Virus record (IMG/VR): IMGVR_UViG_3300027772_001884
Origin: an uncultured virus (IMG/VR IMGVR_UViG_3300027772_001884)
Taxonomy: Duplodnaviria > Heunggongvirae > Uroviricota > Caudoviricetes
Length of the DNA: 20,000 bases
Direction: 5' to 3' (one strand)
In this document: piece by piece, positions 1 to 8,947 of the stretch
Layout of the letters: each line of letters starts with the position of its first letter
Numbering within the stretch: the stretch's first letter is position 1
Position numbers and translations under genes: made by a program
The notes under the pieces: model-generated
Databases searched by the model: none
What the model was told of the DNA's origin: nothing
What the model saw: the letters and a program-made list of their open reading frames with translations, nothing else

Positions 1-1
1 T

Positions 2-76
2 TCTGGATTTCACTTTAACAAAGAAGTACATGAGAAGTTTGCAAAACATTTAGCAAAGAAATATTTCAATGGATAA
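2..76 (+). CDS. 3' end of an upstream gene (partial), possibly SGNH/GDSL hydrolase-like
   Basis: Frame 2 reads SGFHFNKEVHEKFAKHLAKKYFNG* with TAA at 74-76, overlapping the next ATG at 69 (ATGGATAA). GxHxxxxxHxxxA resembles the C-terminal block of SGNH hydrolases. Only 24 codons are visible. Confidence 0.45.
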   Translation, partial: SGFHFNKEVHEKFAKHLAKKYFNG

Positions 77-1331
77 AACATTTTGTGTTATACCTTGGGT
101 GCAAATGGCAGCAAAGCCCATTGGCACTGCCAGGGTTTGTTGCTTGATGACCAATAGTAAAGACAGTCAACAAGGCACAATAAGAGATGATAATGGTAAG
201 CCCTACAATCTCGGCCGCGATGACTTTGACGTTATTAAAAATGGCGACAAAGCTAGAGAAATAAGATTGGCCATGCTTGCTGATCAGCGTCACAGCGACT
301 GTAATACCTGCTGGGTCAAAGAAGACATGGGTGCAAGCAGTCGTAGAACTGTGAGTAATAAGATGTATGATGGCGAGTTTGATGTAGACATTGCTAGACA
401 GCATACAGATGAACACGGTAACACAGATTGGCAACCTAGTTACTGGGATTTACGTTTTGGTAACTTGTGCAATTTAAAATGTGTCATGTGTCATCCTGCC
501 AGTAGCAGTCAGTGGTATGAAGATTATGTTTTACTTAATGGTACAACCAAGTTCACTGACAGTGGAACAAAGATCAATTTAAAAGATGTTGATGGTAGAT
601 ATAGGGATGCCGGTGAATATGATTGGTGGGATAACCCAGAGTTTTGGACCAAATTAGAAGCAAAGATTCCGTATTTGAAGCAAGTATATCTTGTGGGCGG
701 CGAACCCATGCTGATCGAACCCCATTATGATTTCTTGCAAAAAGTTATTGACAGTGGCAGAGCCGGCGAAGTTACTTTGGAATATGATACAAATTTAACT
801 GCTATACACAAACGTGCCTTGAATTTGTGGAAACATTTTAAAAAGGTGTGGCTACGTATTAGTATAGATGATTTTGGTGATCAGTTTGAATATATTCGTT
901 TCCCCGCCACATGGCAGCAAATAAGTAAGAATGTAAACACATTAAGTAAAGAAATGTCTAACATCAAAATGGATTTCACAGTAACGTGGCAAGTTTTAAG
1001 TGTATACACAACACCCAATTTATTAGATTATTTTGATCAATTTGAAAAACACAACTCCAGTGTTAGAATCTTAAGCAGTCCGGATTATTTCGATGTTGCA
1101 ATACTTCCACTAGAAGTAAAACAGGATATTTTAATTAAATATAATGCGTGGGCAACAACTGACAAAAAGAAAAAACAAATAGCACATCTTGTAAATTATT
1201 TAGAAACAAATATAGAAGGCAACTCAGGCCTAGTTGATAAATGTTTAGATATAGTAACAAAATTAGATGCTATTAGAAACACAGACTGGAAGACAACTTT
1301 TCCACAATTATATGAGAAATTAAAAAAATGA
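69..1331 (+). CDS. Radical SAM protein with N-terminal twitch/SPASM-like Fe-S domain
   Basis: N-terminal FCVIPW...CC...CNTC, then CNLKCVMC cluster motif, GGEP, YDTN, SIDD, YIRFP and C-terminal LDxxR...FPQL. Confidence 0.93.
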   Translation: MDKTFCVIPWVQMAAKPIGTARVCCLMTNSKDSQQGTIRDDNGKPYNLGRDDFDVIKNGDKAREIRLAMLADQRHSDCNTCWVKEDMGASSRRTVSNKMYDGEFDVDIARQHTDEHGNTDWQPSYWDLRFGNLCNLKCVMCHPASSSQWYEDYVLLNGTTKFTDSGTKINLKDVDGRYRDAGEYDWWDNPEFWTKLEAKIPYLKQVYLVGGEPMLIEPHYDFLQKVIDSGRAGEVTLEYDTNLTAIHKRALNLWKHFKKVWLRISIDDFGDQFEYIRFPATWQQISKNVNTLSKEMSNIKMDFTVTWQVLSVYTTPNLLDYFDQFEKHNSSVRILSSPDYFDVAILPLEVKQDILIKYNAWATTDKKKKQIAHLVNYLETNIEGNSGLVDKCLDIVTKLDAIRNTDWKTTFPQLYEKLKK

Positions 1332-2803
1332 ACGACAACGTTATGCCCAACGAATCCGGCGAAGACATGATGGTTAACAAAGACCAAACTCCTCAAGCAA
1401 AAAATCATCTCAATGTCAGTAAGACATGGTGTATTTTACCTTGGATACATTTAAGTACTCGCCCCGATGGTCAAATGCGAGTATGTTGTACTGCCAATGC
1501 CAGTTCAGTAGGCGCTACCAATGAAAAACTACATGGCGGCAATATTGGAATTTTAAAAGACGAAGAAGGCCGTCCCAACAACTTAAATGTTGCGGACTTT
1601 GAATCCAGCTGGAATAGTACATATATGAAAAATGTACGCTCACAAATGATGGCGGGCGAAAAGCCTTCCAGCTGTTTGAAGTGTTATAAAGAAGAGGCAG
1701 CGGGTCACAGAAGCAAGCGTCAGTGGGAAACAGAGTATTGGAGCAAGCGAGTAAGCATTGATGAACTAGTACAAGAAACCAATGAAGATGGCAGTGTTCC
1801 GCCTAAACTACGTTATATTGACCTACGCTTCGGAACAAAATGCCAGCTAGCCTGTATCATGTGTAGTCCGCACGATAGTAGTGGTTGGATCAAAGACTGG
1901 CAAGCAGTTTACCCTAAGATTGAAAATGATAAAGTAAAAGAAATTTGGAACTGGGAAAACAAAGGCAGTACCAATGGCAGTAGCTACAATTGGCATAAGA
2001 ACAATCCAGTGTTCTGGCAACAGTTCTATCAACAAATTCCCCACATGAAACAACTATACTTTGCCGGAGGCGAAGCATTGATCATCGAAGAACACTATGA
2101 TATCCTTGAAGAATGTATTCGACAAGGGGTTGCAAAAGACATGGAAATACGTTATAATAGCAATGGTGTAGAGTGGAGAGAAGACTTATTTGAACTATGG
2201 AGTCACTTTAAACTTGTACGTTTTCATTACAGTGTCGATTCTTTTGGCGCACACAACGAGTATATTCGTTACCCCAGTGAATGGAAGCGCACAGAAGAAG
2301 TATTTCATATATTAGATACGCAGACAACTGACAACGTAGAAGTCACAGTGGCTTGTGCCGTTAACGCATTGAACATTCATTACTTGCCTGAATTTATTAA
2401 GTGGAAAATGACACAAAACTTTAAGAAGATCAACATGTGGCCTTTGGGTGCAGGTGGTATTAATTTCCACTTTGTATACTGGCCCGCATTCTTAAATGTC
2501 AAAGTTCTTCCTGAAGAATTCAAAAACGAAGTTGAACGTAAAATAGAGGAAGAATTAATACCTTGGTGGACCGACAACTATATGAACGGAGTCAAGCAAG
2601 ACGAAACATTGAATAAAGACGTGTTCCTTGCAAATGACTACGGCGTCAAGCGTCTGCGCGGCCTAATTAGATTCATGAAAAGTGAAGACTGGAGTGTACG
2701 TTTACCGGAAATGAAAGAGTATTTGGAAAAAATAGACGAGCACCGTGGCACTAGTTTTTACGAAACTTTTTCTGAAATGAAGGATATATTTAACAATGTC
2801 TAA
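1328..2803 (+). CDS. Radical SAM protein with N-terminal twitch/SPASM-like domain
   Basis: WCILPW...CC...CLKC, CQLACIMC, GGEA (variant of GGEP), YNSNG, YIRYP, IDxxR. ATGA overlap with the previous gene. The true start could be a later Met. Confidence 0.93.
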   Translation: MNDNVMPNESGEDMMVNKDQTPQAKNHLNVSKTWCILPWIHLSTRPDGQMRVCCTANASSVGATNEKLHGGNIGILKDEEGRPNNLNVADFESSWNSTYMKNVRSQMMAGEKPSSCLKCYKEEAAGHRSKRQWETEYWSKRVSIDELVQETNEDGSVPPKLRYIDLRFGTKCQLACIMCSPHDSSGWIKDWQAVYPKIENDKVKEIWNWENKGSTNGSSYNWHKNNPVFWQQFYQQIPHMKQLYFAGGEALIIEEHYDILEECIRQGVAKDMEIRYNSNGVEWREDLFELWSHFKLVRFHYSVDSFGAHNEYIRYPSEWKRTEEVFHILDTQTTDNVEVTVACAVNALNIHYLPEFIKWKMTQNFKKINMWPLGAGGINFHFVYWPAFLNVKVLPEEFKNEVERKIEEELIPWWTDNYMNGVKQDETLNKDVFLANDYGVKRLRGLIRFMKSEDWSVRLPEMKEYLEKIDEHRGTSFYETFSEMKDIFNNV

Positions 2804-4070
2804 CTATATATCTTTTGAAAAAAAAGACAAAATAAATAAATGGCTGGACACAAATAACTTTTGTGTCATGCCATTCGGCCATGTAGCTGTGGAATCAAAC
2901 GGGGACATACGCCCATGCTGTTTAGGTAATGCATTAATAAAAGAAGATGGCAGGCCTTTAAATGTCGAAGATGGTTCAATTGCAGATATTATAAAACATC
3001 CCGCACATATCAAGTTTAGAGAATCTTTTCTTAAAAATGAGCAACATCCTGCATGTAAACCTTGCTGGGGTGTAAATTCCAAAGATAGATTCAGTGGCAG
3101 ATATATGTATACCAGTAGTGCTAAAGTGGCAGATTTTGTAGAAGAAATAATGTATGGAAAGACTCCAGAACAACAACTTATCTGGTTGGAAATAAAAGCT
3201 GGCAATAGATGCAATTTGGCATGCAGAATATGCGGACTTTGGAATAGTGCAAAATGGCTTAAAGAAACATTTGATTTAAAAAAATTAAATGATCCAACAT
3301 ATTCCGACTTCAAGTCTAGTCATGAATTTGAATATAATCAACAGGCCAAGTGGATTGATAACATCGATTTTTGGCAGAACATCGATATGTTCGAAAACGT
3401 CAGAGTAATACATATCATGGGTGGTGAACCCTTGATGATCGAAGAACATTACGAAATGTTGAAAGCAATCATAAATCGTTATGATGCAAGTAAGATATGG
3501 CTGTGGTATAATACAAACGGAACTGTTATCCCAACTGCCGAACAAGAAAAAATACTTGATAAATTCAAAGCAGTGCATTGGAGTTTAAGCATAGATGACG
3601 TTGGCGATAAATTTGATTATCAGCGCAGTGGTGCAGTATGGCAAGAAGTAAAAAATAACCTGGAGTATTTTTTCAGCAAATCCAACTACTATTCTACTAT
3701 TGATACAACGGTTAATATTTTTAATATAGCAACATTGGGTAATTTTTTACAAGAGTTAGAACGTATGCCTTTTATAAAATCTTTTACTCCGCATTATGTA
3801 ACAACAATGGATAGTCCAAATAATGTAAGAACGTTGAATGCAAAAATAAAGACAGAACTAACAACATATTTAGAAAATACCAAAGCAACCGTTGACGAAA
3901 AGTATCACAATACTATAGATGAAATACTAGATTATATGAACAGTATAGATGCATGGTCAAACGATATAGATTCTAGAAGAAAAAAAGAAATATTCTTTAT
4001 AGATAAATCCAGAAATGAAGATTTTATTAAAACATTCCCAGAAATGGCGAGGCTATTAAATTATGAGTGA
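2796..4070 (+). CDS. Radical SAM protein with N-terminal twitch/SPASM-like domain
   Basis: FCVMPF...PCC...CKPC, CNLACRIC, GGEP, YNTNG, SIDD, IDxxR...FPEM. AAGGA lies upstream and there is an 8-nt overlap. Confidence 0.93.
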   Translation: MSNYISFEKKDKINKWLDTNNFCVMPFGHVAVESNGDIRPCCLGNALIKEDGRPLNVEDGSIADIIKHPAHIKFRESFLKNEQHPACKPCWGVNSKDRFSGRYMYTSSAKVADFVEEIMYGKTPEQQLIWLEIKAGNRCNLACRICGLWNSAKWLKETFDLKKLNDPTYSDFKSSHEFEYNQQAKWIDNIDFWQNIDMFENVRVIHIMGGEPLMIEEHYEMLKAIINRYDASKIWLWYNTNGTVIPTAEQEKILDKFKAVHWSLSIDDVGDKFDYQRSGAVWQEVKNNLEYFFSKSNYYSTIDTTVNIFNIATLGNFLQELERMPFIKSFTPHYVTTMDSPNNVRTLNAKIKTELTTYLENTKATVDEKYHNTIDEILDYMNSIDAWSNDIDSRRKKEIFFIDKSRNEDFIKTFPEMARLLNYE

Positions 4071-6615
4071 ACAAGGCGATAAAAATAAACTACTGAGTCC
4101 TACAATATGTATGCTACCTGTTAGTAGTATTGCAATACATGCTACTGGAAAAATGGTTCGCTGCCATATGAGCGAAACAGAAATGGGTGATGTTAACAGT
4201 GGTTCTATTATTAAACAATGGGACAACGAATCATTTCAAGATCTAAGAAAAGCCCAACGCAACGGAGAATGGACACTGGGTTGCCAAAATTGTCAAAGCA
4301 AGGAAGATAAAAATGTAACCAGCAAACGTACTCACTGGCAGAATCTTGATGTAATTGACGATCGGTGGGAAGATATTGATTGGGATAATAATCTAACGGG
4401 CAATAAACTTGTACACTTGGATATTGCTTTTAATAACTTGTGTAATTTTAAATGTAGAATGTGTAGCAGTGCATATAGCAACGCATGGATAGGTGACGAG
4501 GAAAAACTTAAAAAACGTGGCTTTGCATCAGGCGGCGCAGGCAGTCCTTATGCTAGAACAAGTTCTATGTTTGATAGAACAAAACATACATTGTCTACAG
4601 AGCAGTTGCGAGAATTAGTGGATAATGGCAAGGATTTACGTCGGGTGGAGATATTAGGTGGTGAACCATTCCTGGTGCCGCAATTCATGGAATTCCTGGG
4701 CATGTTGCGTGATGCTGGTTTGGACAAACAAATTGAATTAATGATTACTACTAATGGTAGCGTTATCACAGAAAAGCATCTAGAAGCATTAGAAGGTTTT
4801 AAATATGTCAACATCAATCTTAGTTTAGATGGTACTAGAGGATATTTCAGCTATATTAGAAGTGCAGGTGCCATAGATTGGGATGGCATTATAGAGAAGG
4901 CAGAATTAATTAGAAATTGGTGTGACAAACCGAGGCCAGGCGTTTATAAAATGAACATTAACGGGACCTTCCAAGCCATTAATGCATTAAACGTTGCAGA
5001 ATTTATCGAATGGATAATTAAATTTTATGGCTGGGATAAAGAAACGCCGGTAACAAGTAGCAAACATCGTCATAGCCTGGAGCACAGAATATTAGTAGGG
5101 CCCAAAACTTTGCACGTACAATGGTTAAATGGAAAAATACTGCAAAAGAGTCTTGATCAAATAAATTATCTTATTGACAAATATGATTTTTTTCGCGGCG
5201 ACCAAAATGGCAAAAGTGCTATAACAGAAGCAAGATATATCAATGACATAAAAAAATTACTGGAAGATTTAATAGACAATCCAATTGAAGTTAAGGGACT
5301 TGCAAAGCAAGGTCCTAAAGAATTTGTCAAATATACATACGAGCTAGATGAAATACGCGGTGAAAGTCTCGAACAATTAGATCCAGAAATTTACAGTAAC
5401 TATGAAATTTATTTTAATGAATATCGACGCGAAAAGTATGAAAGCTTCTGTAAAATGCCATGGCACGGCCTTGCAATAAGTGCCAATGATAATATTAAAC
5501 CTTGCTGTCAGTTTAAAGGGTCTCTGGGAACAGCCAGTAAGGATAATATTGTAGATAGTTTTATTAATAATGAAAAAATTATAAAAATAAGAAATCAGTT
5601 CCTCAAAGGAGAAAGACCAGAAGAATGTAGCAGTTGTTGGGAACGTGAGGATTTAATAGGAAACAGTAGAAGACAATGGTTTAACAAAAAGTTTACAAAT
5701 GGAATACCCAGTGACTATGATTATAACCGTCCTTTGACCAAAGAGAAATTATTTTGGACTCAGATGGATGTCAATCTTAGTAACGTATGTAATTTAAAAT
5801 GTCGCATGTGTGGCTCATGGGCCAGTAATCAATGGTTTGAGGAAGACTTGATGTTGGCAAAAATTAATCCTAAATTTGAAAAGGAAAATAATCCAGAAAA
5901 ACAAGTAATAGTTCAACAAGAATTAAGTAGTCTATTAGAACCTATAAGACATATGAAACATATACAGCGTATAGACTTTAAGGGAGGGGAACCTATGATG
6001 GCAAAAAATCATGTGCCCTACTTGGAAGAACTCATCAAATATGGGAAAAATGAATTTATCACTTTACAGTACACAACTAATGGCACGATCGTTAATCCGA
6101 AGATTTTATCTATGCTTGAAAAATTTAAAAATGTACGTTTAATGTTCAGTGTGGAAGGAACGGGTGAACTGTATAGTTATATACGTGGCGGTAAGTTTAC
6201 TATTGACGAACTAGAAAATGTAATAAGCATGTATAATAAATTACCCAACGTTGAGATTGGATTTAATGTTACTATGCAAGCCTATAATTTATTAAATCTA
6301 AAATTGTTGCATAAAAAATTAAAAAGTTGGGAAGAAAAATTTGAAAAAGTTAGTGCATCAAATGCATTCGAAACTATATGTAATAGTCCGATGTATCTGA
6401 GTCCATTGGTACTACCTACTGAACTAAGAAAAAAGATGGCAGATCAATTGTATGGAATACCCGACTTTGAGGTATTAGTTCGTAGTTTGGAATCTAATAG
6501 AATTCACGAAACACAGTGGAATACATTCAAACAATTCACTGTAGAGTTGGATAAAATTCGAAAGGAAAACGTATTGAATGTTATACCCGAATTAACGGAT
6601 TATTGGAATGAATAA
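4063..6615 (+). CDS. Tandem double radical SAM protein (two complete twitch + radical SAM modules)
   Basis: Module 1: ICMLP..RCH..CQNC, CNFKCRMC, GGEP, LDEIR. Module 2, from about nt 5443: FCKMPW..PCC..CSSC, CNLKCRMC, GGEP, LDKIR..IPEL. One uninterrupted 850-aa frame. Confidence 0.92.
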   Translation: MSEQGDKNKLLSPTICMLPVSSIAIHATGKMVRCHMSETEMGDVNSGSIIKQWDNESFQDLRKAQRNGEWTLGCQNCQSKEDKNVTSKRTHWQNLDVIDDRWEDIDWDNNLTGNKLVHLDIAFNNLCNFKCRMCSSAYSNAWIGDEEKLKKRGFASGGAGSPYARTSSMFDRTKHTLSTEQLRELVDNGKDLRRVEILGGEPFLVPQFMEFLGMLRDAGLDKQIELMITTNGSVITEKHLEALEGFKYVNINLSLDGTRGYFSYIRSAGAIDWDGIIEKAELIRNWCDKPRPGVYKMNINGTFQAINALNVAEFIEWIIKFYGWDKETPVTSSKHRHSLEHRILVGPKTLHVQWLNGKILQKSLDQINYLIDKYDFFRGDQNGKSAITEARYINDIKKLLEDLIDNPIEVKGLAKQGPKEFVKYTYELDEIRGESLEQLDPEIYSNYEIYFNEYRREKYESFCKMPWHGLAISANDNIKPCCQFKGSLGTASKDNIVDSFINNEKIIKIRNQFLKGERPEECSSCWEREDLIGNSRRQWFNKKFTNGIPSDYDYNRPLTKEKLFWTQMDVNLSNVCNLKCRMCGSWASNQWFEEDLMLAKINPKFEKENNPEKQVIVQQELSSLLEPIRHMKHIQRIDFKGGEPMMAKNHVPYLEELIKYGKNEFITLQYTTNGTIVNPKILSMLEKFKNVRLMFSVEGTGELYSYIRGGKFTIDELENVISMYNKLPNVEIGFNVTMQAYNLLNLKLLHKKLKSWEEKFEKVSASNAFETICNSPMYLSPLVLPTELRKKMADQLYGIPDFEVLVRSLESNRIHETQWNTFKQFTVELDKIRKENVLNVIPELTDYWNE

Positions 6616-7309
6616 ACTGGTTGCGGTAGAAGACAATCATGCGCCTAAAGATAAATGGCTACGCATTGAATGGAATCTAGGTAAACGTTGTAACTATGAT
6701 TGTAGCTACTGTGGTAGCGACATACATGACAGAGAAAGTCAGCATCTAAGTTTAGATGTCATTGAAAAAACAGTCAAGCAGATAGCAGATGTTGCTCGAA
6801 TACAGGGCAAAGAATGCCGTATCAGTTTAACTGGTGGCGAACCATTTGTGCATCCAAAAATTATCGACATTCTTAAAATAATAAAGAACAATGGTATTAA
6901 TAAAATTAGTGTCACTACTAACGGCAGTGTTCCACTTCAAAAATATATTGATAGTTTACCGTATATTACTTATTATATTTTTAGTTATCATTTTGAATTT
7001 GCATATCACGACAAGATAATTAACACTATCGTAGAGTTAAATAAACTTGTTAAAGAGCGTGACAATCAAAACCTGCACACCCACTTGATGTATCTTCCAG
7101 GTAAAATGGCGGAAGCAAATGAGATAATCGACATTATGAATGAAAATGATGTGCATTGGGTAATTAGAAGAATTAGACCAAGGCTGGATCCTGAGACCAA
7201 AACCTGGGCAGTTCCGGGATTAAGTGGATTAAAAACATCGCATGGTAAATGTAAAGACGACTACTATACTCAAGAAGAACTTGATTTTATGTTGAATAAG
7301 AAAAAATGA
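6608..7309 (+). CDS. Radical SAM core domain lacking its C-terminal Fe-S domain
   Basis: IEWNLGKRCNYDCSYC, TGGEP, TTNG, SYH. Ends at YTQEELDFMLNKKK. Same subfamily as 13402-14358 and 14581-15747. Confidence 0.9.
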   Translation: MNKLVAVEDNHAPKDKWLRIEWNLGKRCNYDCSYCGSDIHDRESQHLSLDVIEKTVKQIADVARIQGKECRISLTGGEPFVHPKIIDILKIIKNNGINKISVTTNGSVPLQKYIDSLPYITYYIFSYHFEFAYHDKIINTIVELNKLVKERDNQNLHTHLMYLPGKMAEANEIIDIMNENDVHWVIRRIRPRLDPETKTWAVPGLSGLKTSHGKCKDDYYTQEELDFMLNKKK

Positions 7310-7644
7310 CAAGTAAAGTAACTAATTGGGCAAACATAGTAGTTCATTATGAAGACGGCACCAGCGAAGAAAGCAACGTCAATGATTTACTGGCCAACGA
7401 AACAAACAATTTCAAAGGTTGGATGTGCTGGGCCGGCGTTCAAAATTTGACCATAGACAATGACGGCAATGTTTGGAGAGCCATATGTAAGGTGGGCGGC
7501 AAGCTAGGAGATATACACACCGGCTTCTCGGTGCCCACTGAGCCCATTATTTGTACCAAAGAAAATTGTACCTGCGCCGCCGACATACAGCTGAGTAAAG
7601 CAGAATTAAATAATATTAAGAAATTAAGGATCAGCAATGAGTGA
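7306..7644 (+). CDS. Stand-alone SPASM/twitch-like Fe-S domain, the C-terminal part of the preceding radical SAM
   Basis: NNFKGWMCWAG...IC...CTKENCTCAAD aligns by eye with the C-termini of 13402-14358 (NKFKDWSCGIG..C..CPYNTCWCMPD) and 14581-15747 (NNFNGWECSSG..C..CGGTSCVSSAD). Confidence 0.85.
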   Translation: MTSKVTNWANIVVHYEDGTSEESNVNDLLANETNNFKGWMCWAGVQNLTIDNDGNVWRAICKVGGKLGDIHTGFSVPTEPIICTKENCTCAADIQLSKAELNNIKKLRISNE

Positions 7645-8944
7645 AGCTAAGGGAAAAGGAAAACAATTCCTGTTAGATTATAGACCCAGCGAGTTATTTA
7701 AGGAACAGCATGGTTTTGATGTAAATGATAAGACATTTTGTATAATGCCGTTTATACACACAAGTACCACAACCAATGGAGAATTTAGACTGTGCTGTCG
7801 AAGTACTAAAATCTGGGATATTAAAAATATAGCATTCCGAGATCTTTGGAATCATAAAAAATATAAAATAGTCAGAAATAATCTGATATCAGGTATTAGA
7901 GATCCTCATTGCAATGCTTGTTGGTCAATGGAAGACAAAGGTATTACCAGTTTAAGACAAAGTCAAAATTACGAGCGAACACAAGAGTATGCACATTTAG
8001 TTGCAACATATAAACGCACAAAAGAATCACCATGGAATATTCCGATTGTCGAGTTTAAATTAAGCAATCTTTGTAATTTGAAATGCCGTATGTGTTGGCC
8101 CAAGGACAGTACACCGTGGCTACAAGACTGGGATGCTGTTAAAGAAATTTATGAACCTGGAGAACAGGAATATATTAATAATATCATCGACAGCAATGAC
8201 TTGCGTAAAAAACCTGTGTTAAATTTATTTGAGACACACAATACATTTGTGCAGGACTTATATGAGATTATTGATGATATCAAAGAATTTGAATTTGCTG
8301 GCGGCGAGCCGTTAATGGATCCGTTGCATTACAATATGCTGGATCGTATCAAGGATCCCAGCGATGTTATTTTAAAATACAGTACAAACTTAACAGATCT
8401 TGAAGCAAAGAAAGGACGTAATGTATTGAATCTTTGGAAAAAATTCAAGTCAGTGCGTTTAACAATCAGTATAGATGGCTACGATGAACTTAATGCTTAT
8501 ATTAGACACGGTTCTGTATGGAACGACATAAAAGAAAATATACAACAGTCCAAAGAAAGTTTGGGTGATAAGTTAGATTACATAAAGGCAAGTACTTGTA
8601 TATCTGCACTTAATGTAGAGTACTTAGTTGAAACATTTGAAGCAATAGACACTGACTTTGACATAATGTGGCACACAAGCCGTTTACAATGGCCTACTTT
8701 TTTACATGCAAATGTTCTGCCAATAGAAAGACTGACAGCGGCAAAGTCAAAGTTGATTGTAAAGTTTAAATCAATGCAAGAAAATTCTATTAGAGAAATC
8801 AATAATAAGAGACATATAGCTGACGCAATAAGCTGGATAGACGAGTGTATAGATACAAATAAATATGACGTAAGTTTTGAAAAGTTTCAAAAATTCAATG
8901 AAATATTAGATGTAAAAAGAAAAGAAACATTTACAGGAAAATAA
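7637..8944 (+). CDS. Radical SAM protein with N-terminal twitch/SPASM-like domain
   Basis: FCIMPF...LCC...CNAC, CNLKCRMC, GGEP, YSTN, SIDG, LDxKR. AAGGA lies upstream. Confidence 0.93.
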   Translation: MSEAKGKGKQFLLDYRPSELFKEQHGFDVNDKTFCIMPFIHTSTTTNGEFRLCCRSTKIWDIKNIAFRDLWNHKKYKIVRNNLISGIRDPHCNACWSMEDKGITSLRQSQNYERTQEYAHLVATYKRTKESPWNIPIVEFKLSNLCNLKCRMCWPKDSTPWLQDWDAVKEIYEPGEQEYINNIIDSNDLRKKPVLNLFETHNTFVQDLYEIIDDIKEFEFAGGEPLMDPLHYNMLDRIKDPSDVILKYSTNLTDLEAKKGRNVLNLWKKFKSVRLTISIDGYDELNAYIRHGSVWNDIKENIQQSKESLGDKLDYIKASTCISALNVEYLVETFEAIDTDFDIMWHTSRLQWPTFLHANVLPIERLTAAKSKLIVKFKSMQENSIREINNKRHIADAISWIDECIDTNKYDVSFEKFQKFNEILDVKRKETFTGK

Positions 8945-8947
8945 TTA

